Assembly (NCBI GenBank): GCA_964638895.1
Contig: CAZWYY010000001.1
Span: 28,088-92,087 of the forward strand
Reading direction: 5' to 3'
Length of the DNA: 64,000 nucleotides
From: an uncultured Spirochaetaceae bacterium
GTDB lineage: Bacteria; Spirochaetota; Spirochaetia; SZUA-6; RPPD01
The stretch's first letter is position 1. Every line of letters begins with the position of its first letter. This document shows, piece after piece, positions 36,827 to 46,075 of this stretch. The notes beneath the pieces were generated by a model. It saw only the letters and a program-made list of their open reading frames with translations, did not search any database and had not been told where the DNA came from. Both the position numbers and the translations under genes were made by a program.

Positions 36827-36855
36827 TTGACATAATTAGGGTAATATGTAAATAT
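36827..36855 (+). promoter_or_regulatory. promoter of rplM-rpsI operon (TTGACA-16/17-TAAATA)
   Basis: TTGACATAATTA motif identical to that at 36517-36528; -10-like TAAATAT about 17 nt downstream. Confidence 0.4.
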
Positions 36856-36895
36856 TTGGGTTCCTTACACAAATTCAAAATAAAGGTTATGTTTT

Positions 36896-37324
36896 ATGAG
36901 GACGATTTTTGTAAAAAAGAAGGATATTACTCAAAAATGGTATCTTGTCGACGCCGAAGGGAAGACCCTGGGCAGGCTTGCCGCCGGGGTGGTGCCGATT
37001 TTAAGGGGCAAACATAAAGCGATTTACTCACCGCATACCGAGGTTGGAGATAAAATCGTGATTATTAATGCCGAAAAAATACAGGTAAGCGGCAGAAAAT
37101 ATCAACAGAAATTGTATTATCGTCATTCGGGGTATCCCGGAGGAATTAAGGTTGAAAACCTGGCGAAAAAGATGCAGAAAAAACCTACGTTTCCCCTGGA
37201 ACACGCAATCAAGGGCATGCTGCCCCGGGGACGATTGGGAAGAAAACTTTTTAATAATGTGAAAGTGTACGCGGGTCCCGAGCATCCGCACAGCGCACAA
37301 AACCCGGAAAAACTGGAAGTATAG
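36896..37324 (+). CDS. rplM: 50S ribosomal protein L13
   Basis: KWYLVDAEGKTLGRLA..., GYPGG motifs typical of L13. Confidence 0.95.
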   Translation: MRTIFVKKKDITQKWYLVDAEGKTLGRLAAGVVPILRGKHKAIYSPHTEVGDKIVIINAEKIQVSGRKYQQKLYYRHSGYPGGIKVENLAKKMQKKPTFPLEHAIKGMLPRGRLGRKLFNNVKVYAGPEHPHSAQNPEKLEV

Positions 37325-37349
37325 CGGTTTTATCCAGAGGAGAATACAG

Positions 37350-37742
37350 TTGGTAAAGAATTTAAGTATTTCTACAGGAAGAAGAAAAACATCCGTAGCG
37401 CGGTTATTTGTACGAAAAGGTAAGGGAGAAATAACCGTAAATGGCAAAAAGTTGGAGGAGTATTTCCCGGTTGTATTGCATCAACTGATTGTCAAACAAC
37501 CCCTGGCTATAACGGATAATCTGGCCAATTATGACCTGTTGGCCACGGTTACAGGCGGCGGTGTCTCAAGCCAGGCCGGTGCCGTAAGACATGCTATCGC
37601 GCGCGGTCTGGTGAAGGCTGATTCCGGCAATACAGCCTCTCTGAAGGCGAACGGTATGCTTACACGCGATCCGCGTATGGTAGAACGAAAAAAATATGGC
37701 AGAAGAGGCGCCCGCAGGAGATTTCAATTCTCCAAGCGCTAA
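37350..37742 (+). CDS. rpsI: 30S ribosomal protein S9
   Basis: GRRKTSVARV-like N-terminus, C-terminal KYGRRGARRRFQFSKR. Confidence 0.95.
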   Translation: MVKNLSISTGRRKTSVARLFVRKGKGEITVNGKKLEEYFPVVLHQLIVKQPLAITDNLANYDLLATVTGGGVSSQAGAVRHAIARGLVKADSGNTASLKANGMLTRDPRMVERKKYGRRGARRRFQFSKR

Positions 37743-37878
37743 CCTCACCATTGCCTTGATCGGCAGACAGGTTGGGCGTTATAAAAAAAGTAAAATCACA
37801 TTTACCAATTCTTTCGAAATTGTTCTGGTTCACGAGATAATAGAAAAACATTTTTTGAACCCCGGGCAAACCTTGAGT

Positions 37879-38343
37879 ATGAACAAGGTCAGGGAGTTGC
37901 TGGCGTTATCGCACGAACTGGAAATCCGCGAGCGGGCTCTGGGCTATCTGGCACAACGGGCGCATTCCCGGCGGCAGTTGCAGCAAAAACTTGAAGCAAA
38001 GGGGTTTGCGGAGCCCGACATCGGCCGGGTTCTGGATTATTTGATAGAACGCGGCTACCTGGATGATGAGGGATACGCGCGGGCCTGGGTGCGTTCGGTT
38101 ATAAAAAAAGGGACTAAAGGCAGGTTCGCGCTGTTGGCGGAACTGTCGCGGGCCGGCATAGACCGGGAAACCGCCCGGAACGCACTGGGTGAATACAGCG
38201 AGCAGGAGGAGTACAGGGTCTTGTTGCGGTTGATTGAAAGGAACGGAGGGGTTGGGCAACCGGCGTTAATAAGGCGGCTTATGGCGCGTGGTTTTTCGTC
38301 GCGTTTGATCCGCAAAGCCCTGGAGCGCGAATCCACCACTTAG
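37879..38343 (+). CDS. recX: RecA regulator RecX
   Basis: three-repeat helical RecX pattern (ALGYLAQRAHSRRQLQQKLEAKGF..., VLDYLIERGYLDDEGYARAWVRS); start moved to MNKV (ORF-track start 37696 overlaps rpsI). Confidence 0.7.
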   Translation: MNKVRELLALSHELEIRERALGYLAQRAHSRRQLQQKLEAKGFAEPDIGRVLDYLIERGYLDDEGYARAWVRSVIKKGTKGRFALLAELSRAGIDRETARNALGEYSEQEEYRVLLRLIERNGGVGQPALIRRLMARGFSSRLIRKALERESTT

Positions 38344-38366
38344 GGCCGCCCGTTTTTGGTCTGTTT

Positions 38367-39047
38367 TTAATCCGCAAACACAAGCTTCTCAACCGGCATT
38401 GGCCTGTACCCGTAATAAGCGGCGAGACAGAACCGCGCGATATCGAATACCGCGGCCGCACTGTCGATAATAACGGAATCGGACGAGGCCACAATCCCGT
38501 CAAAGCTTTTCAATTCGAAGTCAGCTGAATGCATAAGGGAAATCTCGAAGGGCATGGTCAATACGGAATCAAAGGTGGCGCGCAGATCATCGGCCATTTT
38601 TTTGGAGTATGAAATCGGGGAATCCATCACAATCCTGATCCTCCCGGGTTTAAGCCGAAGCATGCTTTTACAGAATGCGTCAATGGCGCGGGGTGTGACC
38701 TGGCTTTGCCTGTAGCTGCCGTGGGTGGAGGAGGTGTCCCTGACCACACCGTCATCCGCCATAAACAGCAGATGCCCTTTCAGGTAACTCTCAACGGTAA
38801 TAAGCACATTATACCAATCGATTCCCAGGGAACGGCCTTTTATCTTTCGCGGTGTTACCAGTTTTACTTTACGCATCCGTGCGGTATGATGCGCCACAAT
38901 TCCGCGCAACAGGCAGTTGCGTTGGACTTTGGAAAGACGGTAGTGATCTCCCACCAGTTTCAGTGCGGCTTTGTCCGAGTATTTTTTGTCTTTCAGGTAT
39001 TTGTAATCGGAGACGGCATTTTTAAAAACCCTATTATACGTTGACAT
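38367..39047 (-). CDS. conserved hypothetical protein (DUF434-like N-terminus, possible PIN/NYN-like C-terminal fold)
   Basis: 226 aa, basic N-terminal region, C-terminal alpha/beta pattern with acidic residues (LFMADDGVVRD, IVMDSP, IVASSDSVIID); family assignment from memory only. Confidence 0.55.
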   Translation of the reverse strand: MSTYNRVFKNAVSDYKYLKDKKYSDKAALKLVGDHYRLSKVQRNCLLRGIVAHHTARMRKVKLVTPRKIKGRSLGIDWYNVLITVESYLKGHLLFMADDGVVRDTSSTHGSYRQSQVTPRAIDAFCKSMLRLKPGRIRIVMDSPISYSKKMADDLRATFDSVLTMPFEISLMHSADFELKSFDGIVASSDSVIIDSAAAVFDIARFCLAAYYGYRPMPVEKLVFAD

Positions 39048-39121
39048 AGCAAATAAAAGTATTATACTTTTAGTTGATTGAAGAAATATCCGATTGTTTA
39101 TTTTCCGTTAGGGTACCATAA

Positions 39122-39742
39122 ATGGCAAAGAATGGAAAGAAGGTAAGAATATTTTCTGCACTCGAGGTGGCTAATATCTGCGGCGTCGTCAATCAGACCA
39201 CCATTAATTGGATTAAAAGCGGCCATTTAAAGGCGTTCGTTACCCCGGGAGGCCAGTACAGGGTATATGCGGATGATTTAATCGAGTTTTTAAGCTCGCG
39301 AGGGATGAGAATCCCCGACGAGCTTGAAGAGACAGCGGATGAAAAACCGTCCTGGGATAGTATCCTTGTGGTTGATGATGATGAGGATATCAATGATCTG
39401 CTTAAGCGGTATTTGCTGAAAAAGTTTCCGGATTTCACGGTGTTACAGGCATATGACGGTTTTGAAGCGGGCAAACTTATTTCAGAATATTCACCGGGTA
39501 TAATTATTCTTGATATTAATCTCCCCGGCATCGACGGGCACAAACTGTGTCAGAAGTTAAAGGAGAACGGCAGCACACAGAGTCCGGCTGTGATAGCCAT
39601 CACCGGTTTGAATGATCCGGCTGAGGAGGAATCCATAATCCGCAACGGGGCGGATGCCTTTTTTGCCAAACCCCTAGATCTTGAAGCCTTGAAGCAAAAA
39701 ATAGTTGATCTATTGAACAGATACCGGGGAGAAGATGGATAA
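39122..39742 (+). CDS. response regulator with N-terminal excisionase/MerR-type HTH and C-terminal receiver
   Basis: HTH (FSALEVANICGVVNQTTINWIKSGHLKA), receiver (ILVVDDDEDI..., ILDINLPGIDG, ...K). Confidence 0.8.
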   Translation: MAKNGKKVRIFSALEVANICGVVNQTTINWIKSGHLKAFVTPGGQYRVYADDLIEFLSSRGMRIPDELEETADEKPSWDSILVVDDDEDINDLLKRYLLKKFPDFTVLQAYDGFEAGKLISEYSPGIIILDINLPGIDGHKLCQKLKENGSTQSPAVIAITGLNDPAEEESIIRNGADAFFAKPLDLEALKQKIVDLLNRYRGEDG

Positions 39743-40097
39743 AAAGTCGCAGGCGCTTATTTTAATAGTAGAAGACGAGGATTCAATCAGACTTACCCTC
39801 CGTGATTTTCTGAAACAAAAGGGCTACCAGGTTATTGTGGCCTCCGACGGTGTCGGGGCCTTAAAGCAGCTTCTTGACAATAATGTGGATCTGATTGTAA
39901 CCGATTACCGCATGGATATTCTGGGCGGTGATTACTGGATACGCCTGCTTAAAAAATACTGCGCGGATAAAAGAATAATAATTACCAGCGGTTTTCTACA
40001 GCCGAATATTCATATTCCCTTTAAAGTCTTCTATAAACCCTTTGACTACGCGGAATTGGAAAACGAAATAGCCAAGGAGCTTGAGCAGGGCAATTAA
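39735..40097 (+). CDS. single-domain response regulator (CheY-like)
   Basis: [13 protein letters not shown]..., [10 protein letters not shown], 120 aa; 8-nt overlap with upstream RR. Confidence 0.8.
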   Translation: MDKKSQALILIVEDEDSIRLTLRDFLKQKGYQVIVASDGVGALKQLLDNNVDLIVTDYRMDILGGDYWIRLLKKYCADKRIIITSGFLQPNIHIPFKVFYKPFDYAELENEIAKELEQGN

Positions 40098-40101
40098 TAT
40101 A

Positions 40102-40389
40102 ATGGACCAAAAGCAGAACAAAGCCATGCTGGCCAGGGTCTACGGAGTAGTCCAGGGTGTGGGATTTCGCTTTTCAACCCAGGAAAGGGCCAAGCGGCTG
40201 GGACTAAAGGGGTATGTAAGAAATATGTTCGACGGATCGGTTGAGGTGTTGGCCGAGGGAGAAGACCGGCAGGTGGACAGCCTCCTGGCCTGGCTGAAAA
40301 GGGGCCCGACCGGTTCGTATGTGAACCGGGTTGAGGCCCATCCCACCCCGTACAAAGGATTATATAACAGTTTTACAATTGAGTTTTAA
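40102..40389 (+). CDS. acyP: acylphosphatase
   Basis: [14 protein letters not shown]...[15 protein letters not shown] signature; 95 aa from MDQKQ. Confidence 0.8.
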   Translation: MDQKQNKAMLARVYGVVQGVGFRFSTQERAKRLGLKGYVRNMFDGSVEVLAEGEDRQVDSLLAWLKRGPTGSYVNRVEAHPTPYKGLYNSFTIEF

Positions 40390-40400
40390 GGTAGCCAGTG

Positions 40401-41768
40401 ATGTCGGAACACCGTGTGGTTGAAAAAAAACTTGTCCCCCTGCTGCAGTCATTAATCCGCAATAAGTGCGTAAACGACGGCTCACCCGGTTCCGGCCATG
40501 AAATCCGTTCCGCCGAAACCTTAAAGAGTTTTTTCCAAGAATACGGCATAAAGGTCGAGATTCTTGAATCACAAAAGGGGCGTGCCAGCTTGGTAGTACG
40601 GATACCGGGCGGTGATCCCAAGGCACCTTCACTGGCTTATATGGGGCACCTGGATGTGGTACCCGCGAACGGGGAGCAGTGGAGTTGTGATCCTTTTTCA
40701 GGTGACCTGCGGGGCGGATATGTGTGGGGCAGGGGCGCCGTGGACATGCTGAATATGACCGCGGCCCAGGCTGTTGCCTTTGCCGAACTTGTGAATAAAA
40801 AAAACCGTTTCCCGGGTGATCTTGTGTACCTGGCGGTGGCGGACGAGGAGGCCTCCGGCAGGCTGGGGGCCCGCTGGCTGGTGGAAAAGCACTGGGACAA
40901 GGTCAAGGCCGATTATATGATAACCGAGCTCGGCGGTTTCTTTATTCGGAACAGAAAAGGTTTAGGAATTACGGTCTCCTGCGGCGAAAAAGGTATTGTA
41001 TGGGCCCGGCTTTCCACCAAAGGGACCGCCGGTCACGGCAGCCTGCCCTTTCATGCGGATAATGCCGCCGTTAAGGTGGGGAGGGCCGTGGAACGTCTTG
41101 CCCGCTACGAGCCCCGGGTGCGATTTTCCGACGAATACCTGGAGATGGTGAAGTCCCTGGCTGAAACCACAAAGCAGGCGCGTACATTAAGCCGAGCGGG
41201 GACTTTACGCAAGGCGCTGCAAACTCTGTACGCCAAAACGCCCGGCCTGGCCAAGTTTTTACACGCGGCCAGCCGGATGACGATCAGCCCGAATATCGTC
41301 AAGGCAGGCAATAAAACGAACGTGATCCCCGACAGCGGTATGATCGAGCTTGATATCCGCATTCTCCCCGGCCAAACGGTCGAGGATGTGGTTGCCGAAC
41401 TGAAAATGGTGTTGGGGCCGCTGCATGAGTATTTTACCATTGAGATTACCGAGTATTTTCCGGCAAACGTTTCCCCGGTTGCCACGCCCCTGTTCCAGGC
41501 CACCAGGGAGATCGTCTCACCGGTCTACCCGACCGCGTATTACATCCCGTTTTTTATCGGCAGCGTGACGGACGGCCGGTTCTGGAGAAGCCGGGGTACC
41601 ACAGTATACGGATTTTCCCTGTTCGACGAAGCTTTTTCCATCGACGACTACGCGGCCATGTTCCACGGCAAGGACGAGAGGGTATCGCTTAAAAGCCTGG
41701 AGCTTGCCTACAATTATTTTTATAAACTGCCCCAAGTTTTTTTCTCAAAAGCCAGGAATTTCCTCTGA
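40401..41768 (+). CDS. M20-family metallopeptidase (dipeptidase/deacylase-like)
   Basis: MGHLDVVPA, AVADEEASG, GEKG motifs of M20/ArgE-DapE family. Confidence 0.8.
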   Translation: MSEHRVVEKKLVPLLQSLIRNKCVNDGSPGSGHEIRSAETLKSFFQEYGIKVEILESQKGRASLVVRIPGGDPKAPSLAYMGHLDVVPANGEQWSCDPFSGDLRGGYVWGRGAVDMLNMTAAQAVAFAELVNKKNRFPGDLVYLAVADEEASGRLGARWLVEKHWDKVKADYMITELGGFFIRNRKGLGITVSCGEKGIVWARLSTKGTAGHGSLPFHADNAAVKVGRAVERLARYEPRVRFSDEYLEMVKSLAETTKQARTLSRAGTLRKALQTLYAKTPGLAKFLHAASRMTISPNIVKAGNKTNVIPDSGMIELDIRILPGQTVEDVVAELKMVLGPLHEYFTIEITEYFPANVSPVATPLFQATREIVSPVYPTAYYIPFFIGSVTDGRFWRSRGTTVYGFSLFDEAFSIDDYAAMFHGKDERVSLKSLELAYNYFYKLPQVFFSKARNFL

Positions 41769-41809
41769 AATACACCGATAAATGAATAAACGCTTATAGT
41801 TGCCGCTCC

Positions 41810-43057
41810 ATGACCAAAAACATATTTAAAGAAAAGCTTGCCGTGTATGCCGAACTCCTGTTTACCGTGGGACTGAATATCAAGCCCGGTGAACACTGCC
41901 TGATTCAGGCCTTTACCGTACACAGGGAACTGGCCCTGGCCTGCGCGCGTGCGGCCTACGCCAAAGGCGCCGCTTATGTGAATATCCTTTACCTGGATGA
42001 ACAGTTAGATACCATTCGCCTTGAACGCGCACCTGAGTCCAGCCTGGATTATTTTCCCCCGGGCATGATCAAAGCTTACGAGGAGATAATACTCCGTAAG
42101 GGTGTGTTCCTGTCTCTTACCGGAAGGGAAAACCTTGCTGCGGATGAAATAACCGACGCCCGGCGCAGCAATAAAATGCTTTTGGCAAGGGCGGAAAATC
42201 TGTATTTTTTTCACGAGAAGGTCCGCTCCAATGCGATCAGGTGGTGTGTGGCCGCCTCGGCCACGGCGGCCACGGCCAAAAAGATGTTTCCCCGGGTCGG
42301 TACGGCGCAGGCGGTGCAAAATCTCTGGGACGCTATTTTTGACATCTGCAGGATCAATACGGCCGATCCGCCGGCCGCCTGGAGGGGCCACCTGGACAAA
42401 CTGGACAGGATCAAACAAACCCTTAACGCACTTGAGATCAGGGAACTGCTGTATAAGGGGCCTCACGCGGATTTACGCATCGGGCTGGCCCCGCAGGCCA
42501 GATGGCAGGGCGGCGAGTCGCTGTGTAAAACCGGGGAACGCTTTGTGGCCAATATCCCCACCGAGGAAGTGTTTTCAGCCCCGGATTTTCACAGTGTAGA
42601 CGGTTGGGTTGAGTGCAGCCGCCCGCTTGTGTACCGCAATTTTTTCATTGAACGCATCCGTTTGGAGTTTAAGGACGGCATACTGACGGAAATTTCCGGC
42701 AGCCGGGGGATCAGGGAACTTGAGGCCTTCCTTTTCGCCAAGGCCGAGAACCGGCGGCTGGGAGAGGTGGCGCTGGTGGAATCAAGCTCTCCGGTATATA
42801 AAAGCGGACATGTATTCCATAACCTGCTTTATGATGAAAACGCCGCCAGTCATATCGCCTTCGGTTCCGCCTTTACCGAATGCTTTGACGGAATCGAGAA
42901 TTACAGCGAGGAGCAAAAGGAACAGGCGGGGTTTAACACCGGCAAAATCCACATCGATCTTCTCATCGGCTCCCCGGAGCTTGAGGTTTCCGCCCGGCTT
43001 TCTTCGGGCCGGATCGTCCCATTGCTGTCCGGGGGTGTGTTTGCACAAATCCAGTGA
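41810..43057 (+). CDS. M29-family aminopeptidase (AmpS/PepS-like)
   Basis: collinear with Thermus AmpS by eye (LAELLFTVGLNIKPGE, PTEEVFSAP, LGEVALV, LYDENAASHIAFGSA). Confidence 0.75.
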   Translation: MTKNIFKEKLAVYAELLFTVGLNIKPGEHCLIQAFTVHRELALACARAAYAKGAAYVNILYLDEQLDTIRLERAPESSLDYFPPGMIKAYEEIILRKGVFLSLTGRENLAADEITDARRSNKMLLARAENLYFFHEKVRSNAIRWCVAASATAATAKKMFPRVGTAQAVQNLWDAIFDICRINTADPPAAWRGHLDKLDRIKQTLNALEIRELLYKGPHADLRIGLAPQARWQGGESLCKTGERFVANIPTEEVFSAPDFHSVDGWVECSRPLVYRNFFIERIRLEFKDGILTEISGSRGIRELEAFLFAKAENRRLGEVALVESSSPVYKSGHVFHNLLYDENAASHIAFGSAFTECFDGIENYSEEQKEQAGFNTGKIHIDLLIGSPELEVSARLSSGRIVPLLSGGVFAQIQ

Positions 43058-43142
43058 GTGGGCCACTACGCCGGGGGCTATGGTGGCTATACTATTCTCC
43101 TCTACTTGACAAAGGCGGAATAATATTCCATGAGTATATAGT

Positions 43143-44051
43143 ATGAGGCAAAAAATTGAAGAGTTGGTAGACACGATTATCAGTTCATATCGCAAGATCG
43201 GGGGAATCAACCATATTCAGGGGCCCAACCTTCCCTCGCAAAAAAGCATTATCCGGATTGTAAACGAGTTTCAATCGCTGGTGTTTCCCGGCTACCGGGA
43301 GGAAGAGGAGATAGACCAGCTCAATATAAAATACGTGGTGGGGGAGAAAATCACCAATATCGTGCGCAGCCTTGTCCCGGAAGTGGAAAAAAGCATCCAG
43401 TACCAGAACAAGCTGACCGGAAAAGATTCACGGGGGGTAGGCGATCACGCGGAAAAAATCGTCTGCGAGGTGGTGAGCACGATTCCGGAGATCAGGCGCC
43501 TGATAAAGTTGGATGTGGAGGCCGCGTTTCAGGGAGATCCGGCGGCCAAGTCGCACGAAGAGGTTATACTTTCCTATCCCTGCCTGGAGGCGATTCTTGT
43601 CCACCGCATGGCGCATGAGCTTTGGATTCGCCGTGTTCCCCTGATTCCGCGCATGATGAGCGAATATATTCACAGCAAGACCGGCATAGACATCCACCCG
43701 GGCGCGGGCATCGGCGAATACTTTTTTATCGATCACGGCACTGGGGTGGTAATCGGCGAGACCACTAAAATCGGCAATAAGGTTAAACTCTATCAGGGGG
43801 TCACCCTGGGGGCGTTAAGCGTAAAAAAAGAAGAGGGAGAGAAAAAAAGGCACCCGACAATTGAAGACAATGTTACCATTTACTCCGGGGCCACCATCCT
43901 GGGTGGCAATACGGTAATCGGTGAAGGCTCGATCATCGGCGGAAACGTGTGGATCCTATCATCAGTTCCACCACACAGCAGAATTTATTACCAGCCGGAA
44001 CAGTATGTGTTTAATAAAGAACAAGGCCATGGCCCGGATTTCCAGATCTGA
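43143..44051 (+). CDS. cysE: serine O-acetyltransferase
   Basis: SAT N-terminal helical domain plus left-handed beta-helix hexapeptide repeats (DIHPGAGIGEYFFIDHGTGVVIGETTKIGNKVKLYQGVTLG). Confidence 0.8.
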   Translation: MRQKIEELVDTIISSYRKIGGINHIQGPNLPSQKSIIRIVNEFQSLVFPGYREEEEIDQLNIKYVVGEKITNIVRSLVPEVEKSIQYQNKLTGKDSRGVGDHAEKIVCEVVSTIPEIRRLIKLDVEAAFQGDPAAKSHEEVILSYPCLEAILVHRMAHELWIRRVPLIPRMMSEYIHSKTGIDIHPGAGIGEYFFIDHGTGVVIGETTKIGNKVKLYQGVTLGALSVKKEEGEKKRHPTIEDNVTIYSGATILGGNTVIGEGSIIGGNVWILSSVPPHSRIYYQPEQYVFNKEQGHGPDFQI

Positions 44052-44083
44052 ACGATTGCGGCGACCGCCTTACCGCTTTTATC

Positions 44084-44998
44084 ATGGATCAGCAGTTAGT
44101 CCGCCACCTACACGAGTTTTGTGCGCCCCATTGCGATCGTTTCGGTTTTTTGGAGTCTTACCTTGCGGCACACCAAATCCCTTTTAAAATCAGCCCTTTA
44201 ACCGATTCCAGGTTTTTTATTGTAAACTTTGACGCCCTACAGCCGCCCGATAAAAAATATTATGTAAAGATGCTTATTGCACATTATGACCGGAAGGAAA
44301 ACACGCCCGGCGCCAATGACAATAGCGCCGCGGTGTTTCAGCTTCTCAGGCTGGCGGCCTTCCTTAAAACAAGGGAGATTAAACACCACAACATTCAGAT
44401 CGTCTTAAGCGACCATGAGGAGGCGCGTGAGGGCCGGAATATTCAGGAGCAGGGAACGTATAAACTGGGTATGGCCTTAAAGAAACTCAAGGTACACAAC
44501 TGCGTGTTCTTTAATTTTGATATGTGCGGGGTGGGAGATACGCTTATTTTAAGCGAGGCCGGCGAACGGTTGCTGCAAAGCCGGCGGAGAACCGATACCG
44601 AGGTATACGCTAAAATGCGGGTATTGCGATCATTTACCATGGATATGCTTGAAACGCTGAAGGGGGGGCATTTTCTTTCCCTGCGGACCCCTTTTTCCGA
44701 CAACCTGGGCCTGGTGCTTCAGGGGTATCCGGCCATGCAGATTTGCGTGCTTCCCTACCATGAGGCGGTACGCTACCGGACGGGCTTGGAAAATCTGAAA
44801 AGGAGTGCGCAGAATTTAAGGGGGAAACTCGGAGATTCACAGGCTCACACTATCAGGCAGAAATACGCCGCCATTCAGCCGCTTACCTGGCGCCTGCGGC
44901 ACTCGCATTATGACACGGTGGACAAACTTACACCGGAGGCCTTTACCTTGATGCACATGCTTCTGAGAAAATTAGTGTACCTTAAGATTCCCAAATAA
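44084..44998 (+). CDS. M28-like metallopeptidase-fold protein
   Basis: M28 metal-ligand pattern HYD...GANDNSAAV...DHEEA...FNFDMCG. Confidence 0.55.
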   Translation: MDQQLVRHLHEFCAPHCDRFGFLESYLAAHQIPFKISPLTDSRFFIVNFDALQPPDKKYYVKMLIAHYDRKENTPGANDNSAAVFQLLRLAAFLKTREIKHHNIQIVLSDHEEAREGRNIQEQGTYKLGMALKKLKVHNCVFFNFDMCGVGDTLILSEAGERLLQSRRRTDTEVYAKMRVLRSFTMDMLETLKGGHFLSLRTPFSDNLGLVLQGYPAMQICVLPYHEAVRYRTGLENLKRSAQNLRGKLGDSQAHTIRQKYAAIQPLTWRLRHSHYDTVDKLTPEAFTLMHMLLRKLVYLKIPK

Positions 44999-45000
44999 TT

Positions 45001-45984
45001 TCAGGGCTTCTCGATGATCGTATAGCTGAACAAGGCTTCGGCTACGCCCTCTTTTTTCTGCTTTGGGCTAAGGGCCTTGTATATCTTTTTCAACGCGACA
45101 TCGCCCAGGTCTTCAAACGCCGATTCGATATCCTTAAACTGGCTGGGAGACGCCACCACCTTGATGAATTCCGTACCGTAAGGGGCCCCCAACCTGAAGG
45201 CGAACCCGTAATTGCTTTCCGGGATGGAGTATACCCGCTTGTTTTTTATGAGATTATTATGATGAAATTTATTGGGAAAAATCAGTTTCATCTTCCCGTT
45301 TACGTCTATGTGATATATTTTAATATAGCAGTCCCGGTTTGATTTAAACCGAATCAAGAGGTTTTCGCCTTCGTAATACACCCCGCCCGCTCCCCGGTCC
45401 GGCCATGCGCTGATCTTGAGATTTTCAGGTTGGGCCGCATCGATTTCATTTACCTTGTTAAGCACGGCTACGGCATCGTCATAATTCTCAGGTTGTAAGG
45501 CGGTGTTTTTAATAAATTCCTTTCCCGGAAAGATAAACGATGTTTTTCCGTAATAGGTGCCGTGGATGATATCCAACAACTCAACAAAAACCTTGACGTC
45601 CTTTCCCCGGCTGTAAAACCGTCCTGTTATCAGGGCTTGGACCCCCTTCAACCTGCCGATTATGGTCTCCGAAGGCTCTTCCGTCAGGTCCGAGAGGTTA
45701 AGCTCCTGGGCCTTGAGGATTTCCTCCAACCTGTTTTTGGAGAATAGTTCGTACTGCGCGCATCCGATAATCGCCTCTCCTATGCAGTCCTCCAGGTATT
45801 TCGAGAACTCTGAGCCCATCTTATCATCCCCATAGGTGAAGTTGCCTAGGCTGACCACGATTTTTGCGGAATCCGGGGCGTAAAGCTGATCCAGGCCTTG
45901 TTTGACAGCCGGGGTTTTAACGTCCGAGGCAATGATACACGGCAATAATAAAAACGGCAGAATGATAGCATATCTTGTTTTCAT
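45001..45984 (-). CDS. DUF4384-like lipoprotein
   Basis: signal peptide MKTRYAIILPFLLLPCIIAS; C-terminal segment (CYIKIYHIDVNGKMKLIFPN) resembles DUF4384; start trimmed from ORF-track 46314 to first Met with signal peptide. Confidence 0.55.
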   Translation of the reverse strand: MKTRYAIILPFLLLPCIIASDVKTPAVKQGLDQLYAPDSAKIVVSLGNFTYGDDKMGSEFSKYLEDCIGEAIIGCAQYELFSKNRLEEILKAQELNLSDLTEEPSETIIGRLKGVQALITGRFYSRGKDVKVFVELLDIIHGTYYGKTSFIFPGKEFIKNTALQPENYDDAVAVLNKVNEIDAAQPENLKISAWPDRGAGGVYYEGENLLIRFKSNRDCYIKIYHIDVNGKMKLIFPNKFHHNNLIKNKRVYSIPESNYGFAFRLGAPYGTEFIKVVASPSQFKDIESAFEDLGDVALKKIYKALSPKQKKEGVAEALFSYTIIEKP

Positions 45985-46075
45985 AATTGATATTATAACT
46001 CTTATACAAAGAAATATCAAAATATCGTTGATTTTAAAATTACCATCCACTACACTTTTTATGTAATTCAAAGAT

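Noticed and set aside
36517-36838. Repeated TTGACATAATTA as terminal repeats of a mobile element
   Set aside because: Repeats are direct, 310 nt apart, sit at canonical -35 positions of two genes and enclose no transposase
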